Virus record (IMG/VR): IMGVR_UViG_3300007734_000759
Span: 95,436-159,435 of that record
Strand: one strand, 5' to 3'
Source of the DNA: a virus
Length of the DNA stretch: 64,000 bases
Shown: positions 31,353-41,688 of the stretch, one piece after another
Numbering within the stretch: position 1 is the first letter of the stretch
Layout of the letters: each line of letters opens with the position of its first letter
Made by a program: the position numbers and the translations under genes
The notes under the pieces: model-generated
What the model saw: only the letters and a program-made list of their open reading frames with translations
Told to the model about the DNA's origin: nothing
The model's database searches: none

Positions 31353-32116
31353 TCTCAGTAATAATACCTACATACAAATCACCTGAGGCTCTGGATCTCT
31401 GCCTAAGATCAGCTATCACTAGTCAACTGAATAATAATCAGATCATCGTAGTAGTTGATGGTCATTACGACATTAACAAAGAAGTGCTTGAGAGGTACGC
31501 TCAACATATAGATATTTTAAACTTAGAAGAAAATGTCGGATTGTGTAGAGGAACAAACCTAGGTGTATTTAATTCGAAGTACGAGAAGGTTCTCATTGTA
31601 AATGACGACAACGTATTCCCACCTAACTGGGACGCTATGCTACTGAGGGCTTACCAACCAAACTCAGTTGTAGCTCCTAATCAAGTGGAACCTTATCCTA
31701 GTATGTTTTCACAATTCGTTATTAAAGACTTAGGTAGAGATCCTAAAACATTTGATTTAGATCAATTCTGGAAGGAGGATGTGAATCTAACTAAGAATGT
31801 TATCGACGAGACTGGTTCAACACTCCCAATCTTTATGAGCAAGTTGGATTACCTAAAGGTAGGAGGTTGGGATGAGAACTATGAAATGGGAATGGTAGCT
31901 GATTGGGATTTTTTTCTTAAATGTCAGCTAAGTGGATTGAAGATGTTAAGAACTTACAACACTCATTTTTATCACTTTGTATCTCTTTCAACAACCGACA
32001 CAGCTGAAAAACAGCAACGTCGATATGAATCGGAGCAAGCAGGTCATCAATATGCTGTGTACAAATGGGGAACAAATATTAAACACGATCCAATTTCCAA
32101 CCTTAAATATTTATAA
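31349..32116 (+). CDS. Glycosyltransferase, GT2
   Basis: ISVIIPTY, IIVVVDG, VNDD and GGWDE...DWD. Confidence 0.85.
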   Translation: MISVIIPTYKSPEALDLCLRSAITSQLNNNQIIVVVDGHYDINKEVLERYAQHIDILNLEENVGLCRGTNLGVFNSKYEKVLIVNDDNVFPPNWDAMLLRAYQPNSVVAPNQVEPYPSMFSQFVIKDLGRDPKTFDLDQFWKEDVNLTKNVIDETGSTLPIFMSKLDYLKVGGWDENYEMGMVADWDFFLKCQLSGLKMLRTYNTHFYHFVSLSTTDTAEKQQRRYESEQAGHQYAVYKWGTNIKHDPISNLKYL

Positions 32117-32130
32117 TAAACTCCACGACT

Positions 32131-32442
32131 ATGAAAAAAGCTCAGCAAAGAAAATTACTTAATGTGGAAATTATATACGAAGATGCAGAAGACTTACAGC
32201 AGCTTGAAGATAGTCCGCAGTTTAACGATCTGATTTTAAAGGATGCCTTTGATGTAGTAGAGAAGGCAGCTAAAACAAGGAAGAAGAGCGTGCCACTTAT
32301 TAATATTCCAAACCTAGGATTGGAAGTATCAATCGAAAGGCATAACTTTAAACCGATCCTACAGAAGGCATTAGACTACTACACAGAGCAGGAACAATAC
32401 GAACGATGTGCAGATGTTGTACAGCTAATTGAAAGTTTATGA
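32131..32442 (+). CDS. Hypothetical protein with a UVR-like C-terminal motif
   Basis: EQEQYERCA; TATTTAT at 32108. Confidence 0.55.
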   Translation: MKKAQQRKLLNVEIIYEDAEDLQQLEDSPQFNDLILKDAFDVVEKAAKTRKKSVPLINIPNLGLEVSIERHNFKPILQKALDYYTEQEQYERCADVVQLIESL

Positions 32443-32861
32443 AGAACCCACAAAGAGATATCGCAAACCTAATGAAAAACATCTTAGGTACCGATGTCAA
32501 AATAAAAACAACAGAGGATCAGTTTTTGAAGCAAGCAAAAAAACTTTTTTGCAAGTTTGTACAGCACGTAGATAAATTCGAAGCAACCTCCCAGAAAGTT
32601 TTAAAAGATCATAACCTAGATGTAGATCCTTTCGTAGAAGATCTATACGTAGCAATCGACTACTTAGTTATGTTCTCCTTCGATGACTCGGTAGCGGAGA
32701 TTGTTCAACACTACCTATATGGTAGAGATGAAAACGGAAGTGTTAAGTATAATTTCGAAGGTAAGGAGATGATAATCAACACACCCGAGAAGTTATTTGA
32801 CTTTATGGTAATGCTTGGAGAAAGATTAGCTGACCAAGAAGAAGAAGGTGGAATTTCTTAA
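32439..32861 (+). CDS. Hypothetical protein
   Basis: Coupled ORF whose stop codon lies within the promoter repeat. Confidence 0.6.
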   Translation: MKNPQRDIANLMKNILGTDVKIKTTEDQFLKQAKKLFCKFVQHVDKFEATSQKVLKDHNLDVDPFVEDLYVAIDYLVMFSFDDSVAEIVQHYLYGRDENGSVKYNFEGKEMIINTPEKLFDFMVMLGERLADQEEEGGIS

Positions 32862-32930
32862 AATTTCTTAACAGAGTTTGTAATTAATTTTTACCGTTGT
32901 ATCTTTAGGTATTGAAAAAATTAAATAGTT

Positions 32931-33281
32931 ATGAATAAAGTTAATCACATGAATTGCGTACATTGTTTACAACCAATTGCTGAAGGACGTTTGAAAGCAT
33001 TACCTAACACGAAGACTTGTGTTGAGTGTTCAACAGCAGGAATGAAAAGAGGAGTAACTGTTACCCTTGGAGAAGGAGATCATACTTGTAACGAATTAGT
33101 TATTATGGATGAGCAGGAGTACTTCAAGTTCAAGCAAGCAGAAGCCAAGGCTTACGGAACACCTCCACCGATCATGGAAGACATCTACTCTCCTGATGAG
33201 ATCTTTGCAGAGGTAGCAGCCAAGCGAGCTACTAACGAAATTGATTATAAGTCCTTAGACAATTCAAACCTAAGTGAGTAA
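32931..33281 (+). CDS. DksA/TraR-type C4 zinc-finger protein
   Basis: CVHC..PIAEGRLKALPNTKTCVEC. Confidence 0.8.
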   Translation: MNKVNHMNCVHCLQPIAEGRLKALPNTKTCVECSTAGMKRGVTVTLGEGDHTCNELVIMDEQEYFKFKQAEAKAYGTPPPIMEDIYSPDEIFAEVAAKRATNEIDYKSLDNSNLSE

Positions 33282-33972
33282 TCCAGATAAGATAAACCTA
33301 AGTGGTAATCCCAATTACTTCGATAGACCTAACTCTAAGCCTATCACTAAGGCTATGGCTGTCAATGCAATAGCCAAGACAGGTTCTAATCATGCAGCAG
33401 CAAGATACCTAAACGTATCATTCAACCACTGGAAGAAGTTTGCTAAGTTGTACATTGATGAGGAAAGTGGTCTTAGTTTATTCGAAGTACATAAGAATAA
33501 GCAAGGGAAAGGTATTCCAAAGTTCTTTGGAGCAGAGAAGAAGAAAGCAGCTCCACTACTAGACATCATCGAAGGTAGGGTATCAGCAGTACATTATAAC
33601 CCTGAGAGACTGCGTATACGAATGGTACAAGAGGGATATCTACTTGAGGAATGTCACAAGTGCGGGTTCAAAGAACGACGTGTCCTAGACTATAAAATAC
33701 CTCTGTTATTATTTTTCAAAGATAATAATAAGAAGAATTATAAGTTGGACAACGTAGAACATCTTTGCTACAATTGCTACTTCCTAACTGTAGGTGATGT
33801 GTTTACCGAAAGAGATGTTAAGGAAATGGAACACTATGCTCCTTTAAAAGGATCTGAAACCAAGGAAGCGGAGTGGGGGCTAGACGATTACCAGCTGCAA
33901 AGGCTAAAAGAGCTGGGACTTGCAGAAGACGGACCAGTAGAGGATGGGTCGGAGTTTATTTCAAAGTGGTAA
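33274..33972 (+). CDS. HTH plus degenerate HNH-like zinc-binding protein
   Basis: AAARYLNVS helix-turn-helix; ECHKCG...N...LCYNC; the catalytic His is absent. Confidence 0.6.
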   Translation: MSNPDKINLSGNPNYFDRPNSKPITKAMAVNAIAKTGSNHAAARYLNVSFNHWKKFAKLYIDEESGLSLFEVHKNKQGKGIPKFFGAEKKKAAPLLDIIEGRVSAVHYNPERLRIRMVQEGYLLEECHKCGFKERRVLDYKIPLLLFFKDNNKKNYKLDNVEHLCYNCYFLTVGDVFTERDVKEMEHYAPLKGSETKEAEWGLDDYQLQRLKELGLAEDGPVEDGSEFISKW

Positions 33973-33974
33973 CG

Positions 33975-34169
33975 ATGGCTAAGCAGAATAAGAAAAAACT
34001 TCCTAAGGATAAACGACTACAAAGGAAACTTGAGATGGTACGTAAAGACTATGAAGGACAAAAAAGTGCTACACTGGAGATGCTAGCCAATAAGATGCTC
34101 AAGCAGGATGAGAAGATGGAACGCCTGGCCGAAAAAAGAATACCAGGAGATTTTTTAGATTTATTTTAA
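33975..34169 (+). CDS. Small basic hypothetical protein
   Basis: ATG 33975 follows the previous stop codon. Confidence 0.5.
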   Translation: MAKQNKKKLPKDKRLQRKLEMVRKDYEGQKSATLEMLANKMLKQDEKMERLAEKRIPGDFLDLF

Positions 34170-34170
34170 T

Positions 34171-34482
34171 ATGGATAAGATATTCAAGGTTGCGACAATG
34201 TCTGAGTTTGAAATGATGATTGCTGCTAAAGATTTTTCAATAGCGCAATGTATAGTGGAAACTGTACTAGCAAACTTAAACACAAAGAAGAAAAGACTAC
34301 ATGCATTCTCTGTTGAATGTATGGATAAGGGGGTGACTCTGGACATTACAATGGAGACCAAGTACTTTGTTCAAACACTACAAGAAAACCTCAAACACTA
34401 CATTAGAGAAGAGAGGTATGAAGATTGTATTGAAATAGAGAAAGCAATCAAGACTTTACAGCAGAAGGGGGGCTATTTATGA
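34171..34482 (+). CDS. Hypothetical protein with a UVR-like motif
   Basis: EERYEDCIEI. Confidence 0.55.
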   Translation: MDKIFKVATMSEFEMMIAAKDFSIAQCIVETVLANLNTKKKRLHAFSVECMDKGVTLDITMETKYFVQTLQENLKHYIREERYEDCIEIEKAIKTLQQKGGYL

Positions 34483-34790
34483 TAAATCTTTTACGTAAAT
34501 GGCTGCAAAAACTAAAACACAAACCTCAGTTATCTGGAGAGCAAAAGGAAAGGTATCCCGCCCAGGAGTCCATGCAAAAACCAAAACATCAAAGCTCAAA
34601 TCCTCAAAGAACTACAAAAAGGCCTACAAAGGTCAAGGTAGATAAATTATTATACGAGGAAGTATTCGGACAAGCAACAGACGAGTATTTAGTAGCACTT
34701 GCTATGATGGGCAAGCTTAGATCATTTTGTTTCTTGATTAACTTAGAAGTAGAACTTCACAACGAGGCGGTAAATGTTAAAAAACTTTAA
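34479..34790 (+). CDS. Hypothetical protein
   Basis: ATGA translational coupling. Confidence 0.5.
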   Translation: MINLLRKWLQKLKHKPQLSGEQKERYPAQESMQKPKHQSSNPQRTTKRPTKVKVDKLLYEEVFGQATDEYLVALAMMGKLRSFCFLINLEVELHNEAVNVKKL

Positions 34791-34829
34791 CAACGATTGC
34801 ATTTCGAATTGATGTTTGTATCTTTAGGT

Positions 34830-35108
34830 ATGGCAAAGAAACAAGAACTGATAATGAGACAATTCAAGAACGATGACGGAACTGTTGATCGTTACTACTA
34901 CTCAATTGAAAGACAAGAAGGTCCTGTAAAGGTGGAGTATAATGTGAAGGCAACGGATGAGGTTTTATCCGATGATCCATCCAAAGCATTAGCTCAACAA
35001 GTAGCAAAAGCTAACAAAGGTCTTCCAAGAACTAAACAAAGGTTCATCAATCCTGCAACAGGAACAGATGTATCTTATATTAGAGCGAAGCAATTAGGAA
35101 TTATTTAA
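34830..35108 (+). CDS. Hypothetical protein
   Basis: ATG directly after the promoter box at 34819. Confidence 0.6.
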   Translation: MAKKQELIMRQFKNDDGTVDRYYYSIERQEGPVKVEYNVKATDEVLSDDPSKALAQQVAKANKGLPRTKQRFINPATGTDVSYIRAKQLGII

Positions 35109-35116
35109 TAGAGGTT

Positions 35117-36247
35117 ATGAACATTACAGAAACTTACAGACAAGGATTACAACTTGCAAAGCAAAACAAAAAGGATCAAGCAAGAGATTGTTTCGATTCT
35201 GTTATTGGATATTTAGGAAACTTATCACTAACCCAAGGACTCAAATCAACTGATGAGATTGAGAAAGCAACTAAGGATGCTTGGTTGGATCGTTGCTGGG
35301 GAGCTTTGGAATCTAATAAGTTAATGCTATGAAGAGAGGTAATCTAATTAAGACTAAACTTATCTGGGACTTTAACTCAGCTAATGCCTGCTATGTACAA
35401 GTTAAGAGCGGGTTATGGGCTCAGGTTACCCCAAACGAGTTTAGATCTTTTGATGGACCAAGAAAGCTTAGAGGAGTTACTATTGGACCTAATAGAGAGT
35501 CAATTCCTTTTGAAAAGGATTATGAAGGACCAATCTACGGCTTAGGTACTAACTTTCTTATGGAGGGTACCGACTCAAGACAAGTTCTTCAACATTTATC
35601 AAACCATAGGATTGAAGCAAAGGCAAGACCAGGAGAAAACTTTTAATATAATGAACAAGAAACGCAATACGATCCAGGACCATGAAGATGAGTTGAACGG
35701 CTTATCTCCTCGCCACGTGGCTCAAATTGTACGTAGTAAGATGACTACTAAGATGAAGCCATCAAAGAAAGGTAAGTATGTTCGATCTAAAGATTGGTCT
35801 ACCGATGATTGAGATTTGGAAAGAGCATCCTTTTGGGGTGTATGTGCTATGTGGAGTTTTGTTTGCTCTACTGCTAGACGTGTTAAATGAAATGATGGGA
35901 AGTCCTGAGGAGTTTGATTGGGGTCATAGAGCTGCCATAGTTGCATTATGGCCTATATTTGTTATCGTATTTATAGTTGGTTTATTTAGGAACTAATATA
36001 TATTTATATATAAAAAATGATTAACACTTCCCTAATCGTTGAGTTGCTCGATGAACAGTTAACTAAAGGAGCAGTTTACACTCGACTTAAAGGAGCAATG
36101 GTCTCCAAGGCCCAAGCTCAAAAATGCATACAGCAGGCTTACTTACAAGGAATGTTAGAGATGTATGATAAGATGACAAAAGGGGAAGACATCTCAGATT
36201 TATTTCAACATTACGTACCGAAGGAGCGATTTGTTAAAATTTCTTAA
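35117..36247 (+). other. Run of five small hypothetical genes (35117-35332, 35329-35646, 35651-35812, 35805-35996 membrane, 36017-36247)
   Basis: Coupled + strand ORFs with no recognisable motifs. Confidence 0.55.
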
Positions 36248-36301
36248 CGAAGTTGTTTAATTGAAATGTTGTGCGTATCTTTAGATATAAATCAAAAAGT
36301 T

Positions 36302-37108
36302 ATGACAAAGCAACAAATCAATCTACGAAACAAAGTAATGACTACACGTAATAAATGTACAGGTGAAGTTTTATTTAGGGAAGGTAACATCTACAAGAAA
36401 TATTTATTTAAGAAAGGAGTTCAAGACCTTCGCTTTGCTGACTATCTAGTAGTTGAGCATGTTGATGGTAATGTACTAAGTCTAACTAAATTACGATAAT
36501 GAAAAAATTTATCTACGAAAATAGATACCACGACAGGATCGTATTCCAACAAGTACAGGAGAATGTTTGGCATATGTCTGGATTTAATCCTCATTGGTGT
36601 AGGCATGGATGGCCTAACGACTACACAGTAGCGTATGCTGCTTACTGTACTGATGAAGATGATCCAATGCCCATTGAAGAGTTTGAGAAAGAAGTTACTA
36701 AGTGGTACGGATCAGATAAGACAGAGATTGCTGAGAAGTATGGCCAGATGGTAACATCAGATAAATCAAAGATCAGTATGTTTGATCCATCAGGTGGACC
36801 TTATATGGAGGTAGGACAGTACTGGAAAGAATTAGGAGGAGTCGTTACTGACATTAACATAACTGTAGAAGGACTTCCTGGAGTAGTAGAATTAACAATA
36901 CAACCTAAAGATGAAGGAGTTACTAAATAAACCATACGACTTGATTGCTTTCTTGGAAGTAGCAAAGTTGAGAAGTTACAAGTGGATGAAACAAAATCCT
37001 GAAGTAATCCGTAGATATACTCGACGGTATTATAGAATGGACTTTGATGCAACAGCCTTAGTTAATAGAATAAAAAGTTATAAAAAGCACCTCAAGAATT
37101 TAAAATGA
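36302..37108 (+). other. Three hypothetical genes (36302-36499, 36499-36930, 36911-37108)
   Basis: Cassette downstream of the promoter at 36276. Confidence 0.55.
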
Positions 37109-37229
37109 ATGAAGTTATGCACGTGTTAGGAGTATGTCCTGATGCAGTCTCACATATCGATGTTATTGATTTATTAACAACAAACCAGACAGTTCTAATA
37201 CAAATCCTTAATTGGTTTACTAAAAAGTA

Positions 37230-37643
37230 ATGCAACTGGTCTCTACACATATTGCAATGACCAAAGACATGGGGGTGCATGGTAATCTATTCGGAGGTAA
37301 GATGCTAGCTGCCTTAGATGAAGCAGTGGCAAGCTTTGCTACAATGTACTGCCGTACTCCCAATATGGTTACTTTAAAGATTGATGAGATGGTCTTCAAA
37401 GAAGCAGTTAAGGTCAACAACCAAGTTAGGATCTATTGTGATGTAGTAGACGTAGGTACAACCAGCATCAGAATTAAAGCAGAGGCAAGAAAAGTATCAT
37501 ACTACACAGAACAGGAACGAGTAGTATGTTCAACTATATTTACATTTGTACGGATTGATGAAGACGGACACCCAGTACCAATTGCTGAGCATGTTCGTAA
37601 AAAGTTCGCAACCGACCAACCAATTCCAGAATCTAAAATTTAA
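37230..37643 (+). CDS. Acyl-CoA thioesterase (hotdog fold, YciA-like)
   Basis: HGNLFGG.ML..LDEA, VGTTSI and FTFVRIDE.G.P.P. Confidence 0.88.
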   Translation: MQLVSTHIAMTKDMGVHGNLFGGKMLAALDEAVASFATMYCRTPNMVTLKIDEMVFKEAVKVNNQVRIYCDVVDVGTTSIRIKAEARKVSYYTEQERVVCSTIFTFVRIDEDGHPVPIAEHVRKKFATDQPIPESKI

Positions 37644-37647
37644 AAAT

Positions 37648-37896
37648 ATGATAGTACTTAAAGCAATGTTTGTAGGCATGTTTATCCTAATACTTATTTT
37701 AGGATGGGTAGTTGTAATTGCAGTCGAAAAAGTTCAGAAGAAGACGTACGACGAACCTGAATCATCTCACACAGAAAATTTTGCAACCAACTACGAAGAC
37801 GCTCCGGAAGTCTTAGCAGGATCTGAAATGCCTAAGGAGATGGTCGATGAGATGGTTGAGAAACCAAAAAGAGGACGACCACGTAAAAGTTCTTAA
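37648..37896 (+). CDS. Membrane-anchored protein with an AT-hook-like tail
   Basis: N-terminal hydrophobic helix and C-terminal KPKRGRPRK. Confidence 0.55.
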   Translation: MIVLKAMFVGMFILILILGWVVVIAVEKVQKKTYDEPESSHTENFATNYEDAPEVLAGSEMPKEMVDEMVEKPKRGRPRKSS

Positions 37897-37980
37897 CAAA
37901 TCTTAAAATCAATTCAAGGAGTTTGCTAAATGCAAACTCTTTTTGTATCTTTAAGTATTGAAAGAAAAACAAAATAAGTT

Positions 37981-38352
37981 ATGAAAGCAACTGACATGGT
38001 GTTACACCTACCACAACAAGTTCAAGGGAACATTAATATTAACCACTTAGATGATACGTACACAGTACGGTTTACTAAAAGTGAATATGAGGGTATTGTT
38101 ATCGAACTTGTCAACAAAGAGCTTCACTTCTCCAGAGAGCTTGGTGCTTTGAAAGATGGACGATGGAGTTACATTACCCAAGAAAGATTCCAAGAGTTGT
38201 GGACTATTATGAAGTCTCATAAGAAGGCACATTCAATGCTCAAGAAGTTCATTCGTATGGATATCTATGCATCAGTTAACAAACAGATCAGTTGCGGACG
38301 TAGACGTTTCAACATTGCAGTTACTCGTATGTTCTATAAATTAACCAAGTAA
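37981..38352 (+). CDS. Hypothetical early protein
   Basis: First gene after the promoter at 37946. Confidence 0.6.
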   Translation: MKATDMVLHLPQQVQGNININHLDDTYTVRFTKSEYEGIVIELVNKELHFSRELGALKDGRWSYITQERFQELWTIMKSHKKAHSMLKKFIRMDIYASVNKQISCGRRRFNIAVTRMFYKLTK

Positions 38353-38353
38353 G

Positions 38354-38899
38354 ATGTTAGCACTAAGTAAAAACAATCTACTTGCAGATGGATCAGAGAG
38401 TGCAGTGTTTAAGAACCCTGACGACCCTTCTACCGTTATTGCAATCTCTTCCTGTGCTTGGTATGAGATGAGACATAGTGAGTATGATTCAGATAACTAC
38501 GAACCTATTACAGATGAGTGTCCTAAGTATCAAACCTTTCAAAAGTATCCTGACCTATTTCCAAAAGTGTATCAGGTAACTAAAGAGTGGGTAACTCTTG
38601 AGAGATTGGATAGTGAGAAAGCTCGAGTAGAGCTTGAAGACATTAGTACCATCCTCGATACTAGCATATCGTACACCATTAACAACTACAAGCAGGTGAA
38701 AGCACTTGGGAAGTGGAACAATACTCAAAAGATCGCTTTAGAGGCGTTGAAACCTTATGCCGACATCGTTGATCAACTCCGTAAGAGATTAACGCGTAGC
38801 GACTTGAAAAAGCTGGTTAGAATGGATAAAATGTTTGACATTCACGAAGAGAACTGGGGATATGATTGTAATGGAACTTTAAAACTATTAGACCTGTGA
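38354..38899 (+). CDS. Minimal protein-kinase-like fold protein
   Basis: GSESAVF Gly-loop, ERL hinge, DIHEENWG catalytic loop and LLD. Confidence 0.55.
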   Translation: MLALSKNNLLADGSESAVFKNPDDPSTVIAISSCAWYEMRHSEYDSDNYEPITDECPKYQTFQKYPDLFPKVYQVTKEWVTLERLDSEKARVELEDISTILDTSISYTINNYKQVKALGKWNNTQKIALEALKPYADIVDQLRKRLTRSDLKKLVRMDKMFDIHEENWGYDCNGTLKLLDL

Positions 38900-38927
38900 T
38901 CTGGACTATTATATTAACAATTATTGT

Positions 38928-40702
38928 ATGGGAACTATTAAAGAAACTATTTTGGATCTTGGTGAACCGATCCGCAGACTGATCAACAACATTAGGATGT
39001 CCTGGCGATGGGCTAAGCTCGGTTGGAATGATCGAGACTTTGATTTCATCTACATCTATAAGGTAATGAAGTTCAAGATTGACAACATGGAGAAGGCATT
39101 TATCAAATACGGATACCATGCTGAACCGGAGTACAATCTATCAAGGATGAGACTAGCTTCTAAGTTAATTGAGAAGGTCTCAACTGAGTTCTATGAGATG
39201 GAGTATTGGGATTACATATACGACAAGGACTTCAATAGGATTGACAACATAGACCTTTACCTGGCAGCAAATAAACACAACTACAGAAGATGTGATAAGA
39301 TTTTCAGTTCAAGGGATGGATTATCCAATTTCAAAACTAGAAACTTCAAAGAAGCTTGTGCTATGGACATTGGACATTACAAGCAAGCAAAAGCAAAACG
39401 AATCTTATTCAAACTCCTAGAGCACCGTTTGGAATGGTGGTGGGATTGATTTGTTAAAAAATCTTAACACATTTGCAAAACAGAAATACATAACGTATCT
39501 TTATATTATGACAAAGGAAGCATTTATCGATTTGATCGAGCGGATGAAAGCAACAGCCGAAACGATCAACCAAGCATATCAGTTGAAAATTGATCTCGTT
39601 GAGTTTAGCGACTCATGGGAGCAGATCATCACAATACTACTAAAAGAACTATTTACCAAAGAAGGTTACGAATGGATCAGTTGGTGGGCGTACGAAGATG
39701 GCAGGAAGGCTTGGGAGAAGGACGGCACAGACATTCCAATGGATACAGCAGAGGACCTATACAACTATCTGAAGAAGGAAGGGTATTTGAAATGACAGAA
39801 GAGCAACTACAAAAACTATTAAAGTTTCTCCAGGAAAGAAAACAATTCCATTCCGCAGTAGGAACAGTAACAAAGGACCCTTCGTTCCATGCTGGAGCAG
39901 TAACAGAATTGCTTGGAGTAGAAGAACATATTTACAAATTACTAAATCAATAAAGTTATGAAAACTAGAGAACAACTTATCAGTGAGATTGTTGAGAACT
40001 TTGATTGGGAGAGGACTCACAAAGCAATGTCACTTCTCAAGTGGCAGTGGGCTAATACGATAACAGATGATGGAGTTCCAACTATTGGAAACTTAATGGT
40101 AACAGCTATGAAGTTGCTTCAAGATGCTTATGATGGTGCTATGAAAGAGAAAAAGACTTACCATGCATGTACAGGAGGGTTTGAAGCAGTGGCTCATGTT
40201 GATGAGGATGAGTTGTGGAATTTAGAACTTCAATTTGTATTAGCTAGTTGGGACGTAGAAGTTAATGAACAAAGTTATGACTAAAGAAACATATTCAATA
40301 CCCATTTATGAAAATGGGGTAAAGACAGAGTGGACTGTTGATGGTGTAGTTGGAGATGAGAAATACCAACAATTGATAGAAATATCACCTGAAGGTAAAT
40401 TACCTATTATAATTAATACAACAACGAAACAATAGAAAGTTATGTCTAAAGAAGAAATACTAAAAGAACTGCTGAACATTTACAAGATCCAAGCAATTGA
40501 TTTATCAATAATATATAAGATTGAATTTGGTGATGATGTCCTTGCTGAGATTAATCGTCTACAAAATATGTTGATGGAGATGGAAGAACAAGAGTTGTGG
40601 GATGAAACTTTAATGGATGGACTTGAAGATGAACCACCTTATGTGAGTGATGATTTTCAAATTGGTTCTGATGGTGCTTATGAAAATAAAGAAAAAGAAT
40701 AG
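38928..40702 (+). other. Hypothetical genes 38928-39449, 39508-39795, 39792-39953, 39958-40284, 40277-40435, 40442-40702
   Basis: Closely packed + strand ORFs with A-rich or GTTATG starts. Confidence 0.55.
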
Positions 40703-40784
40703 ACCCTAATGTATTTGAAATTGGATATGAATAAAGTACAAATCTTTTCTAAAAACTCAACATATTTATTATAAAATTATTAAA

Positions 40785-41264
40785 ATGAAAGATATTATTA
40801 GAATGAATCAATTAGCTGGTCTTATTACTGAAGGCCAAGCTCGTAAAATGATGGAAATTTTAAATGAAGATAATTTAGAAGTAAAATCAATTGCTAAACA
40901 AATATATTCTTGGTTAAAACAAAATGATGTAAATACTAAATTAGTAGCTCAAACCCCTAGTGCTGATTATGGCAAACAAATTGGCGCTTCTTTAAAAGGA
41001 GGAAGCAACGAAGCTCTTATATCCTATTATGATGATCCCAAAACAAAACAAACAGTAATACAGATCCAATTGTATGGAGGAGCCACATCTAAAGATTTAG
41101 TTTTACAGGTAGAAAAAAAATTATTATCAGCCTATCCAAAACTTGAACAATATGATAGACAAGAAATCCCAACTCAAACATTCTTTCAATTGAATTTTAA
41201 AGTTAAAGAAAAAACAACTGCAAAAGGTGGATTAGCTGGTAATACTCAAACTAATAAATCTTAA
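40785..41264 (+). CDS. RMQKLAG-type tagged protein
   Basis: MKDIIRMNQLAGLITE...ILNE; TATTTAT at 40763. Confidence 0.7.
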   Translation: MKDIIRMNQLAGLITEGQARKMMEILNEDNLEVKSIAKQIYSWLKQNDVNTKLVAQTPSADYGKQIGASLKGGSNEALISYYDDPKTKQTVIQIQLYGGATSKDLVLQVEKKLLSAYPKLEQYDRQEIPTQTFFQLNFKVKEKTTAKGGLAGNTQTNKS

Positions 41265-41294
41265 ATTATATATTTAAAAAATAAAATTATTAAG

Positions 41295-41618
41295 ATGAAA
41301 GTATCAGAACTAAGACAAATCATCAAAGAAGAAATCTCTAAAGTATTGAATGAAGAAAAAATTCCTTTTTTTACTTATCAAGATGTATTAAAACCATTCG
41401 GAATAGATAAACCCAAAGCCGACCAGATGGCTGATTTAAAAGTAGGATTAGATTATGTAATACCTAAAAAACACTATTCTGATATGAAGGATATAAGACA
41501 ACATTTAGGTAAAGTTAAAAGTATAGAAGGAGATAAGGTAACTATAGAAAGAAGAGATGGGAAAGACTACACCAACAAAATCTCAGATTTAATTCATATA
41601 ATTAATTTTGGCAGTTAA
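41295..41618 (+). CDS. Protein with LRQIIKEEI...LNE leader and an SH3/KOW-like C-terminus
   Basis: N-terminal IIKEE/LNE leader and GKVKSIEGDKVTI. Confidence 0.6.
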   Translation: MKVSELRQIIKEEISKVLNEEKIPFFTYQDVLKPFGIDKPKADQMADLKVGLDYVIPKKHYSDMKDIRQHLGKVKSIEGDKVTIERRDGKDYTNKISDLIHIINFGS

Positions 41619-41631
41619 AATTATTTAAAAT

Positions 41632-41660
41632 AAAGCTTGGATTTCCAAGCTTTTTTTCTT
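41632..41660 (+). terminator. Intrinsic terminator
   Basis: AAAGCTTGG-ATTT-CCAAGCTTTTTTT. Confidence 0.8.
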
Positions 41661-41688
41661 ATGTTATGTTATAGTAAAAAGTAAAGTT

